Source: Myxococcota bacterium (GTDB lineage: Bacteria; Myxococcota_A; SURF-8). Taken from it: 64,000 nucleotides of DNA. The DNA is taken from NCBI GenBank assembly GCA_965140415.1, contig OZ223209.1, positions 2,560,001 to 2,624,000 of the forward strand, given 5' to 3'. Made by a program: the position numbers and the translations under genes. Below the pieces are notes generated by a model, which worked only from the letters and a program-made list of their open reading frames with translations, did not search any database and had not been told where the DNA came from. Positions 41,801-50,175 of the stretch are shown here, piece after piece (position 1 is the first letter of the stretch; each line of letters starts with the position of its first letter).

Positions 41801-41995
41801 AATGCCGCTCTAGAAAAACTTGGAAATCTGGTTTCAAAAAGAAAGCAGTGGATGTACTTTGACAGAGGCTTACGGATATATAGCGGTGACCGCATTTGCT
41901 TGTTCAAACCGAAAAGCCGTTTGCATTGGCTTAAAAGCCAGGCGCTTCTCGATGCAGATGCAATTATTTCTGATCTCGTATCCCAGAAAGCTTGA
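38897..41995 (+). CDS. Large amino-(N6)-DNA methyltransferase (Type IIG/Eco57I-like architecture)
   Basis: GAFYTP, VLDPSCGSGAFL (motif I), FGLDID, WIVGNPPW (motif IV), long C-terminal specificity region. Confidence 0.9.
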   Translation: MGKSLELNELLEGLGYLGSDYFLKGAELQRHPAYAHFFRKASEDLHLKGVYCLRARPECKIDQDTVVPVVYVVELDSDDPESIQKWHRKVWNQSIVPFVLLATPSSFRVYRGFRHSDDIKKDTVLDDLRDAAEILERFKDFSARSIDSGAIWERMQKHLDLDARVDNRLLKNLEDLGNKLIKEQGLNRRVAHTLIGKYVFLRYLRDRKHLSDKKFQDFGISPNDVFDSQAKISSLYELDEKLNNWLNGAIFPLPKRSGEIKEEHVKEVARAFRGENPKHKQTEMFDVFNFEYVPVETLSAVYEQFLHFDGKGKEQGAFYTPVHLVNFVLEELDTKRPLRDGMKVLDPSCGSGAFLVQCYRLLIEREVQPSPEKKILPSRLRELLERNIFGLDIDGDACSVTELSLALTLLDYVDPPDLKRYPTFKLPALRNRNIFHCEGGFFDESSAWNQSESAINGYDWIVGNPPWIKLNSSMKGKSAISALEWMREKQEDCPTGDNQIAQAFAWKTSLHLSPEGLAGLVMPAMTLFMPKAKRFRHHFFENNDVWAIANLANFTYRLFAGRGRLPTMLLFFNNSVPDASEEQFLTVFSPFIAEQEASRDYNNGAWSITVEQNAIKQIPRDKVASGDSLPWKAAMWGSWRDLNLLKRIESRFPSFLDFASQKELSIHQGIELRECGSSQAVEPMPELAGQPIIDMGKIKKNTRNLFHLPDNILFPIPPEKANIRIRGGKRALRTSIPPHIFVDASRNYSIYSDSLVHIPARQIGIAGHDEKLLKALSLYLSSDFAKYHQFLFSAQWGIQKSISNLETLLKLPIPFSIINTSHINSWAKLHNEFVKASKHIHGDLFVQNSSKKNYSEILDDLRKSLNNRVYELLGLNNSDRNLVKDLVNVRMHLVQGKVPKAATRSATKSEMVEYCQILAKELDEFLGVKKRHDVNVYAGTNKALLVVRNQREPRPNAIIDVTQDEHSFNAALEKLGNLVSKRKQWMYFDRGLRIYSGDRICLFKPKSRLHWLKSQALLDADAIISDLVSQKA

Positions 41996-42687
41996 TTGAG
42001 GCCGTAACGCTTATGGCAGGTATATCCAGACACAAAATCAACCAAATCGGCAAATCTGCCCTTGCAGATGAATTTCAAACCTCTTTCCTGCGAAATGCCT
42101 TGGAATTGTTATTAATCGGCTATGAAAACCTACCAACCAGTGATAGATCGAAGTGGCAGGAGGAAGAAATTACCGGCGAACTATGCAGAGAGATTCAGGA
42201 ATATCTAGATATGCCGGATTCCCCTGGTTGGACTAGACGCTATTCGCTTCATGAAGATCCGCCTGTTCATTCATCCTACAGAAAAGGAAAGAAGCGCAGG
42301 CGAATTGATTTTCGGATTGAGGAAACCCACCGACGGCCTCGCCACAAGTTCGGAGTAGAAGCAAAAAGGCTCCGTTCCGATTCCCACAATGTTGGGAAAT
42401 ACTGCGGACAAGATGGGATGGGGTGCTTTGTTTCAGGAGAATATTCGTCTCAGCAAAATATCGGCGGAATGCTTGGCTACGTTCAAAGCGGAACAGTCGA
42501 TCAGTGGGAATCCAAGGTGGGAGCAAAGATTAAGAAAGATGCAAAAACCTTGCATGTAAGGAACGGACGAACTTGGGAAAATGCTTCCGGCGCAAACCCC
42601 ATAAATCAATGCCACCTTTCCGAGCACGATAGACCGAGTTTAAATAAACCAATACTAATTTATCATCTGATGCTGAATTTCAGCTGA
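41992..42687 (+). CDS. Putative PD-(D/E)XK nuclease-like protein
   Basis: EEEITGEL...RRIDFRI...FGVEAKRL pattern; overlaps the MTase stop. Alternative start ATG 42013. Confidence 0.6.
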   Translation: MIEAVTLMAGISRHKINQIGKSALADEFQTSFLRNALELLLIGYENLPTSDRSKWQEEEITGELCREIQEYLDMPDSPGWTRRYSLHEDPPVHSSYRKGKKRRRIDFRIEETHRRPRHKFGVEAKRLRSDSHNVGKYCGQDGMGCFVSGEYSSQQNIGGMLGYVQSGTVDQWESKVGAKIKKDAKTLHVRNGRTWENASGANPINQCHLSEHDRPSLNKPILIYHLMLNFS

Positions 42688-43090
42688 CTGAAAAACTTTC
42701 ACTTCTTCAACAACCGCCTCCCATCATCCACGGTCATCATGAGTCGCTTGGGAATTCGTTTTCCCCAGTAATAAGGTGATTCCATAGCCGATATTGCAAC
42801 CCCCTCTAAAAACATTTGCCTCAAAGTTATCATAAGTTTATACTCTTATCGTTCGATGAAATTCCCTTGCGTTCTGCCTTTTGGCTGACGGCCTGACTAC
42901 CCGTGATCGAATGCATGGCTTTGCCATTGAACGAACAAAGTGGCTCACACGACGCGCGCCTATCACGCGCCGTGCTAGTCACACGTGCGCCTCTGATGGG
43001 AGGGGCGCATGTGATGGTGTGAGCCATGTTGCATGTCGCCCCTTTCTTTTAGGGGCAGATTGACGATTCTTGAAGCAAGGCGGTGCGCAT

Positions 43091-44161
43091 ATGAAACGAA
43101 TGTTTCTTTCGATTGTTCTCGTTATTCTTCTTCTGGCATGTGGCAACGATCAGACGACAAATTCACCAGATAACACGGATGGGGACGCCCCATTGACGGA
43201 CGGAGACATGGAGGACTGCCCGCCGGGGACGCATCTCTGCCCATGCTACGGCAATGATACCTGCAATGCGGGTCTTGATTGCCGCGATAGTATTTGCGTC
43301 GAAAGCGATGATACGACGGACGGAGACGGGGAGCGTGAAGTTGATGAGCCCCTTGATTCAGATGGCGATCTGCTCCCGGATGGAGATGATACAGATGGCG
43401 ATGCTTTCGATGCCGATTTTGATGAAGACTTACTCGAAAACTCTGACGGTTCGGACGGTGATTTCGAGCTTGATATAGAGCCAGATGATGAGATCGAACT
43501 TGATGACGATTTCGAGTCTGAAAGCGATCCAGAGCTTGATGAGGAAGTATCAGACGATGAAAACGGTGTCGAATACGAGCCGGATGATGAGATGGAACCA
43601 GAAGTTGATGTAGAGATTGAAACCGAGCTTGAAGCAGAACAGGAAGAAGAACCTCCATACGAACCTATCTGGAGAGATCCTGATACTCTTTTGTATTGGC
43701 CGTTGACGCGAGATGCTGGTACTTGGTCAGAGTCCGAGCAGTATTGCGAGGATCTTGAATGGGGAGGGCATTCGGACTGGCGCTTGCCGACTGTAACTGA
43801 GTTGCGCTCGCTTATTCGAGGATGCGGTGCAGACCTTGATAGCGATTGCATGGTTTTTGAGGATGATCGTGATCTTGGAGTTAACAGCCAGTGTATCTAT
43901 GAGACTTGTGACAGCATGTATTGCGTTGGAATGCAGGAGCCGTGCGAGATTGAAGAGTGTGAGAAGTGCCCTTTTGTTTATAACCAGTGCTACTGGCCGG
44001 AGGTGTTTGGTACATGTCCATCGTCGGCAGATTATTGGTCCTCGACTGCGGAGCGATGGGGCATGGAAGAGGAACACTGGTATGTAGGGTTTAAGCATGG
44101 CTCTGTCATTTGGGGACGTGACAGTTACGTTAAGGGTGCAAGATGTGTACGCAGGAGGTGA
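43091..44161 (+). CDS. Lipoprotein with acidic linker and DUF1566-like domain
   Basis: Lipobox LLAC, D/E-rich DGD linker, YCEDLEWGGHSDWRLPTVTELRSL, YWSST and ARCVR motifs. Confidence 0.82.
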   Translation: MKRMFLSIVLVILLLACGNDQTTNSPDNTDGDAPLTDGDMEDCPPGTHLCPCYGNDTCNAGLDCRDSICVESDDTTDGDGEREVDEPLDSDGDLLPDGDDTDGDAFDADFDEDLLENSDGSDGDFELDIEPDDEIELDDDFESESDPELDEEVSDDENGVEYEPDDEMEPEVDVEIETELEAEQEEEPPYEPIWRDPDTLLYWPLTRDAGTWSESEQYCEDLEWGGHSDWRLPTVTELRSLIRGCGADLDSDCMVFEDDRDLGVNSQCIYETCDSMYCVGMQEPCEIEECEKCPFVYNQCYWPEVFGTCPSSADYWSSTAERWGMEEEHWYVGFKHGSVIWGRDSYVKGARCVRRR

Positions 44162-44304
44162 CTTCAATGCGTGTAAGTGTGAGAAGTCAGGATGCGAAAA
44201 ATGATTGAGCAATCGATTGCGTGTCTTCAAACAAGAATTCGTTCTGGACGACAGGTGCAATTGTTCGGAGATTCGATACTGGTTTAGCCTTGAAGGAGGT
44301 AGGG

Positions 44305-45762
44305 ATGCTCGAACGCTTGTCTTCACTGGTCGCAATTGCGTTGCTGTCCGCTCTGGTCGCCGCGTGCAGTATCTTGGGATGGGAATACAGTTACTCTGGC
44401 CGAAAATATACGATGAGCCAAGATCACATTGACTATCACCGGGAAGTTATGGCTGATTACGAGCGAAAAACGAATTCTGCCAAGCGCGCAGGCAAGAGTG
44501 AGGCGAATATCCTGACTATGCAATGCAAGCTGCTTGAGCGTGGGTTATCAGGCGCTCCGAAGTCCTCGAATTTCACTTCTGCGACCCAGTTGCTTCAGAA
44601 GGATCGAGATAGTATTTGTCCCCAGGCACAGCAGGCGCGAAGCTCGGCTAGTGGTATTGGCGGGCCTTGCCCTGAGGGAACACATGTCATGCGAAAGCCC
44701 GATCACGAATATTGCGCAGACTCAAACCAATTTCCGAATGGGTGGTATATCGCTTGGCATGGAAAGCGTCGTATCAAGAAAAGAACCGGCAACCCTGCCA
44801 CTGACCTTTACTATCCACCGGAAGGGCTTGTGAAACGCGAGGCTGGTCAAATTGTCGGAGGCAAGAGAGGTGGTGAGTGGACGTTCTGGTATGCTAGCGG
44901 AAAGAAGAAAGCTCAGGGACGTTATGATAGTGGCAATAAAGTGGGTACCTGGAATTATTGGCGAGAAGATGGTACCCCATTAACCCCTCAAGAACTTTTC
45001 CAGTTAGCGACTGACCTGTTGGCAAACAATGGTAGAGAAAAGGCCTTGGAGCTTGCGGAAACATGCTATGGGTATTGGCCGGAGAATGGCAAATGCCAAT
45101 CGATACTTGCTCAGGCTACATGCGATGCAGATGATTTAAGTGGTTGTTATGTAGCGGCCTCAAAACTACGACAATCTGATGTCAGGGGCTTTTTGGCAAT
45201 ACATGAAACCCTCTGTCGAAACTTTCAGGCATCGTCATGCGAAGCACTCGCAATATTTTTCAAAATTGGCAGTGGACCAGCGAAGTACAACAACGGAGTA
45301 GAAATCCCGGCGAACGCATCGAAATCCAAATCGCTCTATAAGAAGGCAATGACTTATTACAAATCCGCCTGTGATTTAGGAGATGGTGCAAGTTGTGATG
45401 GATTAGCGAATGGTTACGCATCAGGCAACGGAGTCTCTAAAAACCTGCCAAAGGCAAAGATGTACTTCAGGAAAGGCTGTGAATTGAACCATTGGGCATC
45501 ATGCCGGTCTTATTCCACTCGGTTTAACTACGATGATCCTGTAGGTGCATTTGCTATGTTGACCAAAGCCTGTGAAAACGGAGATGAACTAGCGTGCAAA
45601 GACCGCGTCTATCAATTGAATGAGTCTAAACAGCTTTGTAAGCAGGGCAACAAAGATGCTTGTTTCTATCTTGGCTTAACTGTCGAAGATAAATCCAAAG
45701 CTAGAACCTACCTGAAACGATCCTGCGATCTTGGACACTCCGGAGCATGCAGCGAGTTGTAG
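44305..45762 (+). CDS. Lipoprotein with MORN-variant and Sel1-like repeats
   Basis: Lipobox VAAC, GEWTFWYASGKKKAQGRY...GTWNYW, repeated KACxxGxxxxC; RBS GGAGG before ATG 44305. Confidence 0.8.
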   Translation: MLERLSSLVAIALLSALVAACSILGWEYSYSGRKYTMSQDHIDYHREVMADYERKTNSAKRAGKSEANILTMQCKLLERGLSGAPKSSNFTSATQLLQKDRDSICPQAQQARSSASGIGGPCPEGTHVMRKPDHEYCADSNQFPNGWYIAWHGKRRIKKRTGNPATDLYYPPEGLVKREAGQIVGGKRGGEWTFWYASGKKKAQGRYDSGNKVGTWNYWREDGTPLTPQELFQLATDLLANNGREKALELAETCYGYWPENGKCQSILAQATCDADDLSGCYVAASKLRQSDVRGFLAIHETLCRNFQASSCEALAIFFKIGSGPAKYNNGVEIPANASKSKSLYKKAMTYYKSACDLGDGASCDGLANGYASGNGVSKNLPKAKMYFRKGCELNHWASCRSYSTRFNYDDPVGAFAMLTKACENGDELACKDRVYQLNESKQLCKQGNKDACFYLGLTVEDKSKARTYLKRSCDLGHSGACSEL

Positions 45763-45973
45763 GGACTGAGACATCTCTCATTCGGTTGAACAAAGAAGTT
45801 CTAAGGAATCAACTGGCTCTATAAAGCTGACATACAGCCTGACTTGACCTCATACCCGAATATAGACCGAAAGCCGCTCACAAAGCCATTACGGAGTCCT
45901 ACGGAATAATTATGAGGGTGTTGTTACTTACAATCTTGAGCCATCGATTTCGTGAAAGTAGGAGCAGGGTTGC

Positions 45974-46759
45974 TCAGGACTCAGAACCATCTTCTGAGGT
46001 GTCATCAATCGCGGATTCTTCATCCATATCTTGGTTGTAGTCAGGATCGTAATCAAGATCGCATTCAGAATCTACCTTATCGATTGCTTCAATCGCAGCG
46101 TTGGTTTGCTGCCTGTTGTATCCAAGACAACTCAAAGTGAAACGCAGAAGCTGTCTCTTGTTGACCAGTTTGCCAAAGTAGACAGGAAACGGGGAAAGGG
46201 ATGGTTCATTTCTGAAGTTGTAAATCGTCCGTGCACCCATCTGGAGGTATTCTGCAACATTTTTTTGAGCGATTTCCACCTTTCCTTTTTTTCTGCCGTC
46301 AACATTTGGTGGCTTCAGTTCTTTGAGGGACTCTACAATGATGGAATCAACTGTGTCTGGATCGTTATCCAAAGAAAGCTCCTCATCATTGAGAGAGACC
46401 CATAGTGGTTTTGCAGTACGAACAAGCTCAATCGTTAATTCCTCGTGCCGCTCGGGTGGAATGGGTCTTTTTTTTCTCCAAGTTCCCCAGTATAGTTGAG
46501 CTATGGTTTCACTAAGTTTCACGATACGCCAGTGGCGGAGACGCTCGGAATCAATTGCATCAAGGTGATCTTTTTTGAGGACATAGAGTAATTTGAGGAT
46601 GCGTTTTTCCTTCGCGTTTGCTTTACCAATATCAGAGAGGCGCAATGAGGCACAGAATCGAAGGAGCCTTGCAAGGAACTTATCAAGCTCGACTATGAAC
46701 GTATGGTAATCTTCTTCGTCGATCTCTTTCATTTTTTTGTCATCCGTTTTCTGGACCAT
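45974..46759 (-). CDS. Hypothetical protein with HTH-like segment and acidic tail
   Basis: NVAEYLQMGARTIYNFRN resembles a helix-turn-helix; 261-aa ORF at the element's right end. Confidence 0.55.
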   Translation of the reverse strand: MVQKTDDKKMKEIDEEDYHTFIVELDKFLARLLRFCASLRLSDIGKANAKEKRILKLLYVLKKDHLDAIDSERLRHWRIVKLSETIAQLYWGTWRKKRPIPPERHEELTIELVRTAKPLWVSLNDEELSLDNDPDTVDSIIVESLKELKPPNVDGRKKGKVEIAQKNVAEYLQMGARTIYNFRNEPSLSPFPVYFGKLVNKRQLLRFTLSCLGYNRQQTNAAIEAIDKVDSECDLDYDPDYNQDMDEESAIDDTSEDGSES

Positions 46760-46769
46760 CGTTGGACCA
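46751..46769 (+). promoter_or_regulatory. Candidate integrase arm-type sites (right)
   Basis: CTGGACCA and TTGGACCA at 11-bp period, ~105 bp inside the right att. Confidence 0.6.
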
Positions 46770-46801
46770 AATCCCAGGCAAAGGTGGAAAGAATGCCATG
46801 C

Positions 46802-46830
46802 TTGACAAGGAAGTATACTGGGAATACTAT
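46802..46830 (+). promoter_or_regulatory. Outward-facing sigma70 promoter at the element's right end
   Basis: TTGACA-N17-TACTAT pointing at the right att. Confidence 0.65.
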
Positions 46831-46874
46831 GAATATGGAAGCGTGAAAAGGCGGAAAAGGGCTAGGTAGGAATT

Positions 46875-46914
46875 TTCGAAGCCCGGTACTCTATCCAGTT
46901 GAGCTATAGGCGCA
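46875..46914. repeat. att core, right copy (orphaned host tRNA 5' half)
   Basis: Identical to 32781-32820; no tRNA 3' half follows on the minus strand. Confidence 0.95.
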
Positions 46915-47223
46915 AAACAACTTGCCAGTATGTACGTCAGATTTCGATCCTTGTCAAATTTTAGTGCTAATCCGACCTGAACAATTTTTCCGCGTTGGGC
47001 CACAAACTGTTTCAGTTTAAGGGTAAGCATTGCAGATCTTCTAAAAAATCAGCATGTTAGCTCGCTCTTCAATGTTGTGCGTATGCTTTCTTCACATCAC
47101 TGCTTCAATAAAGCCTTAACATTTTCTTAACGCGGTGCTAATATTCCTATTCTTTTCCGCCAACGTACAGAAAATTAACCTGTTGTCCAAAGTGACTTTG
47201 TTTACTGGCAAGCGAGGATAATC

Positions 47224-50025
47224 ATGAGCAAGTACTTATCGATAGCGTTGTTCACCATGCTCCTGCTATTCACGATTGGGTTGCAAGCCTGCGATTCCGG
47301 CAGCGAAACCGAACCGGATGGAGACTGGCTGGATGGCGATCAAACGGATGGCGATGACGAAAACTCCGAGGCGGATCTGGAAGAAGCTCCACAGGATGTG
47401 GCCCCTATCTTCAGCGAAGGCTGCCCGGTTCCGGGAAAAGCTTCTGTCGTTCTGTTGACAACCGAAGAACAAAAAATGCAAGGACCGGATGTCATCGGCA
47501 CGATTGGGGATGTGATGTTGATGAACGAAAAGGCGGCGTTTGTTATTTCCTCACCGGAAAACATCAATGCCTACTACTTGTATGGTGGCATCCTGGTTGA
47601 TGCTGTCGCGGTGGATGGCTGCCGGCAGGCGTCGCAGGAACGTTTTGAGGAGCTGGGGATTTTGTTCGGGATCTTGAAACTCAACGATTTCTCAAGTTCT
47701 ATATTGAGGGCGTTTAAAGGTGAGTCGGTTGAAATCATAAACGATGGTTCCGACGGAGAAGCTGCCATCGTGCGTGTCCATGGCAGCGACGATTTCTTCT
47801 GGCTTGTGGAAGACGAGTTGATTATTACTTCACTCAGTGAAGGAAAAACAAAGGGATTGAGTTCTCCTTTTGGTATGAATGTGACAGTAGATTATATTCT
47901 TCCTCCAGATTCCAACGTGTTGCAAATCGATCTTACCTTGGCTAATCAAAATAATGAGAGGTTGTCGTTATTGGCTGCAACGGAATTGATGTTTGGTGAT
48001 ACGACTCCGGTTCGTTTTTATTCGGATTCTGATATCAGCGCAGGAGGCTTCACGCTACAGCAGGGGGTTCCATGGCTTGCCGCAAGTGGTGGAGATGGAG
48101 CTTGGGCTTTTGCAATGAAAGATGCCAGTATGGCCACCACCAATATTTCCGGTGTGACGGTGCTTCTCGACCTTAACCAGGCACTGTCTTCTTCGCTGAA
48201 TCTGGCTCCTGCTGGGGATGAGAAAGATACGGCGACGGTAACCTACTATTTCAGTGTCGGTCCGACCGACGCCAACAGCGCAACGAAAGATCTAGCCAAC
48301 TACAATTCCGAACCGATCCCCGATATGCCCTACACCTTGGTTGCAATCGAGGGAAGCGTTGTCGATAAAGACAGTGGAGATCCCCTAGGGGATGTGCTTG
48401 TAGAAGTCCAGGCGCAAAATGGAAATGATGTGTGGTATCCGTTGGATAGTTTCTATACCGATGAGAATGGACTTTTTAGAGGCGAAATCCCTGATTTCGG
48501 CGAAAAAAGAATGCCCTTGCGTTTGCAAGCTTCTTCACTGGGGCGTCCTGATCCAGATGCGATGACGATCGATCTTGATAGCGTATCTTCCTATAACATC
48601 GAAATGGGAGATGGCGGTACGTTGAAGCTTGACCTGAAGAACGAATCCGGTTCTTCGATTCCGGCCAAGGTGTTGCTGTGGCAGGATGATAAAAACGTCC
48701 GGCGCATTTTCTCCGTTACGGGTGATGAATCAATTCTTGTAGAACCTGGAGAGTATCAGGCTTCGGTTTCTCGCGGTCCCGAATATTCCTATTACGAAAC
48801 GACGTTGAGTATCGATGCCAATGACACCACCACATTGAGTGTCACGGTGGAGCATCTTATCAATACCGATGGTTTTATGTCCGCAGATGCGCACTGTCAT
48901 GCTGGTCCTAGTCCGGACAATACCATTTCCATTCCGGAACGGATTCGAACCGTTGCGGCCGAAGGTTTGGAAGTGGTTGTTGCCACCGATCATGAATACG
49001 TGAACGACTGGTACTGGGGGGTAGAAGAGAACTATCTGTCCGACTGGGTTGCCACTGTTGTGGGTCAGGAAGTGACGGCCAGTTTGCCCAATCATACCAA
49101 CATGTACCCTGTCGAGCCGGATTATACCGTCAATGCGCGAGGTGGATTTGTTGAATGGTATGGACTGGATATTGCGGAAATTTACGCAGCGGAACGTGCT
49201 AGGGGAGCGGAAATTGTAGGATTGAATCATCCTCGCAAAGGAAACTATATGAGTTTGATCGAGTACAACTATGAGACCGGCGAACCGGATATGACCGATC
49301 CAACTCGGCTTGGTTTCGAATCGGACGCCACTGTCTGGAGTTGGGATTTCGATACGGTCGAATTGATGAATGGACCCGATTATATTTTTCGGAATGAACA
49401 GAATCCGCACAAATACGGAACCTTCAACGACTGGATGAGCTTTATCAACTTCGGTCATTCCATCACGGCAGTTGGCGTTTCCGATGCTCATAATTACGGT
49501 ATGCCGGGGTATCCGCGCAGCTATTTCGTTTCATCCACGGACAATCCCTCTCAATTTGACGAAGCGGAACTGGTCAGCGCCATGAAAGAGGGGCGAATTC
49601 TGGTGTCCAATGGCGCATTTGCTCGCGTGCTGATCGATGGCGAGGCGGAGATGGGGGATACGATTATGGACACCGATGGTGAAATCGACTTGTACCTGCA
49701 TATCGAGGCGATTCCCGAGATCGATGTCGATTACTTCAAGGTGTATGTCAATTGCGATCAAGTGCTCAATCTGGCGACGACCGCACCGGACGAAGTCATT
49801 AAATACGATGACACGATTAAGGTGACAATTGATCAGGACAGTCACATCGTCGTGCTTGGTTTTGGCGATGGGGAGATTCCGAAGGCACTGAAAGATTACG
49901 ATCCCGTTGGCAGACCGCGCTTCGTCACAAACCCGATTTTCATCGATTACGATGGAAACGGTGCTTTCGATGCACCGGGTGGGAAAACCTGCACCTACGA
50001 TTTGCAGGGGCCAGAAGGATTGTAA
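47224..50025 (+). CDS. CehA/McbA-family (PHP-like) metallohydrolase lipoprotein
   Basis: Lipobox LQAC; DAHCH, ATDHE, NHPR, GVSDAH and TNPIFID motifs. Confidence 0.85.
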   Translation: MSKYLSIALFTMLLLFTIGLQACDSGSETEPDGDWLDGDQTDGDDENSEADLEEAPQDVAPIFSEGCPVPGKASVVLLTTEEQKMQGPDVIGTIGDVMLMNEKAAFVISSPENINAYYLYGGILVDAVAVDGCRQASQERFEELGILFGILKLNDFSSSILRAFKGESVEIINDGSDGEAAIVRVHGSDDFFWLVEDELIITSLSEGKTKGLSSPFGMNVTVDYILPPDSNVLQIDLTLANQNNERLSLLAATELMFGDTTPVRFYSDSDISAGGFTLQQGVPWLAASGGDGAWAFAMKDASMATTNISGVTVLLDLNQALSSSLNLAPAGDEKDTATVTYYFSVGPTDANSATKDLANYNSEPIPDMPYTLVAIEGSVVDKDSGDPLGDVLVEVQAQNGNDVWYPLDSFYTDENGLFRGEIPDFGEKRMPLRLQASSLGRPDPDAMTIDLDSVSSYNIEMGDGGTLKLDLKNESGSSIPAKVLLWQDDKNVRRIFSVTGDESILVEPGEYQASVSRGPEYSYYETTLSIDANDTTTLSVTVEHLINTDGFMSADAHCHAGPSPDNTISIPERIRTVAAEGLEVVVATDHEYVNDWYWGVEENYLSDWVATVVGQEVTASLPNHTNMYPVEPDYTVNARGGFVEWYGLDIAEIYAAERARGAEIVGLNHPRKGNYMSLIEYNYETGEPDMTDPTRLGFESDATVWSWDFDTVELMNGPDYIFRNEQNPHKYGTFNDWMSFINFGHSITAVGVSDAHNYGMPGYPRSYFVSSTDNPSQFDEAELVSAMKEGRILVSNGAFARVLIDGEAEMGDTIMDTDGEIDLYLHIEAIPEIDVDYFKVYVNCDQVLNLATTAPDEVIKYDDTIKVTIDQDSHIVVLGFGDGEIPKALKDYDPVGRPRFVTNPIFIDYDGNGAFDAPGGKTCTYDLQGPEGL

Positions 50026-50175
50026 AATACGGTGGGCAGAACTCTTTCTGCATACTTTGTTCATATTCCGTCACAATACTACAAAATCCTTGAAGGGGGA
50101 GGCGGGTTGTATTACACTCCCGGCTTATTGGTTGTGTCCCAATCCTATGTTTGCGGGTGAGGAAAAGAGGCTTAA

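Larger units (their letters stand above)
32781..46914. mobile_element. ~14.1 kb tRNA-Arg-integrated element (integrase, Xis, rolling-circle Rep; integrated plasmid/satellite-like)
   Basis: Bounded by an exact 40-bp direct repeat; integrase next to the left repeat; cargo is non-housekeeping. Confidence 0.92.

Noticed and set aside
42832-42849. ATAAG-N8-CTTAT as a lox-like site for the second recombinase
   Set aside because: Arms match for only 5 bp and I found no second copy; could be chance.
43122-44335. Long Ser-rich and His/Arg-rich minus-strand ORFs (also at 58467-58875 and 59213-60209)
   Set aside because: Shadow frames of acidic or repetitive coding sequence.
46875-46914. Second tRNA-Arg gene
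   Set aside because: Only the 5' half through the anticodon loop is present; it is the att repeat.
32781-46914. Element as a prophage or conjugative ICE
   Set aside because: No terminase, capsid, tail, T4SS or coupling-protein genes recognised.
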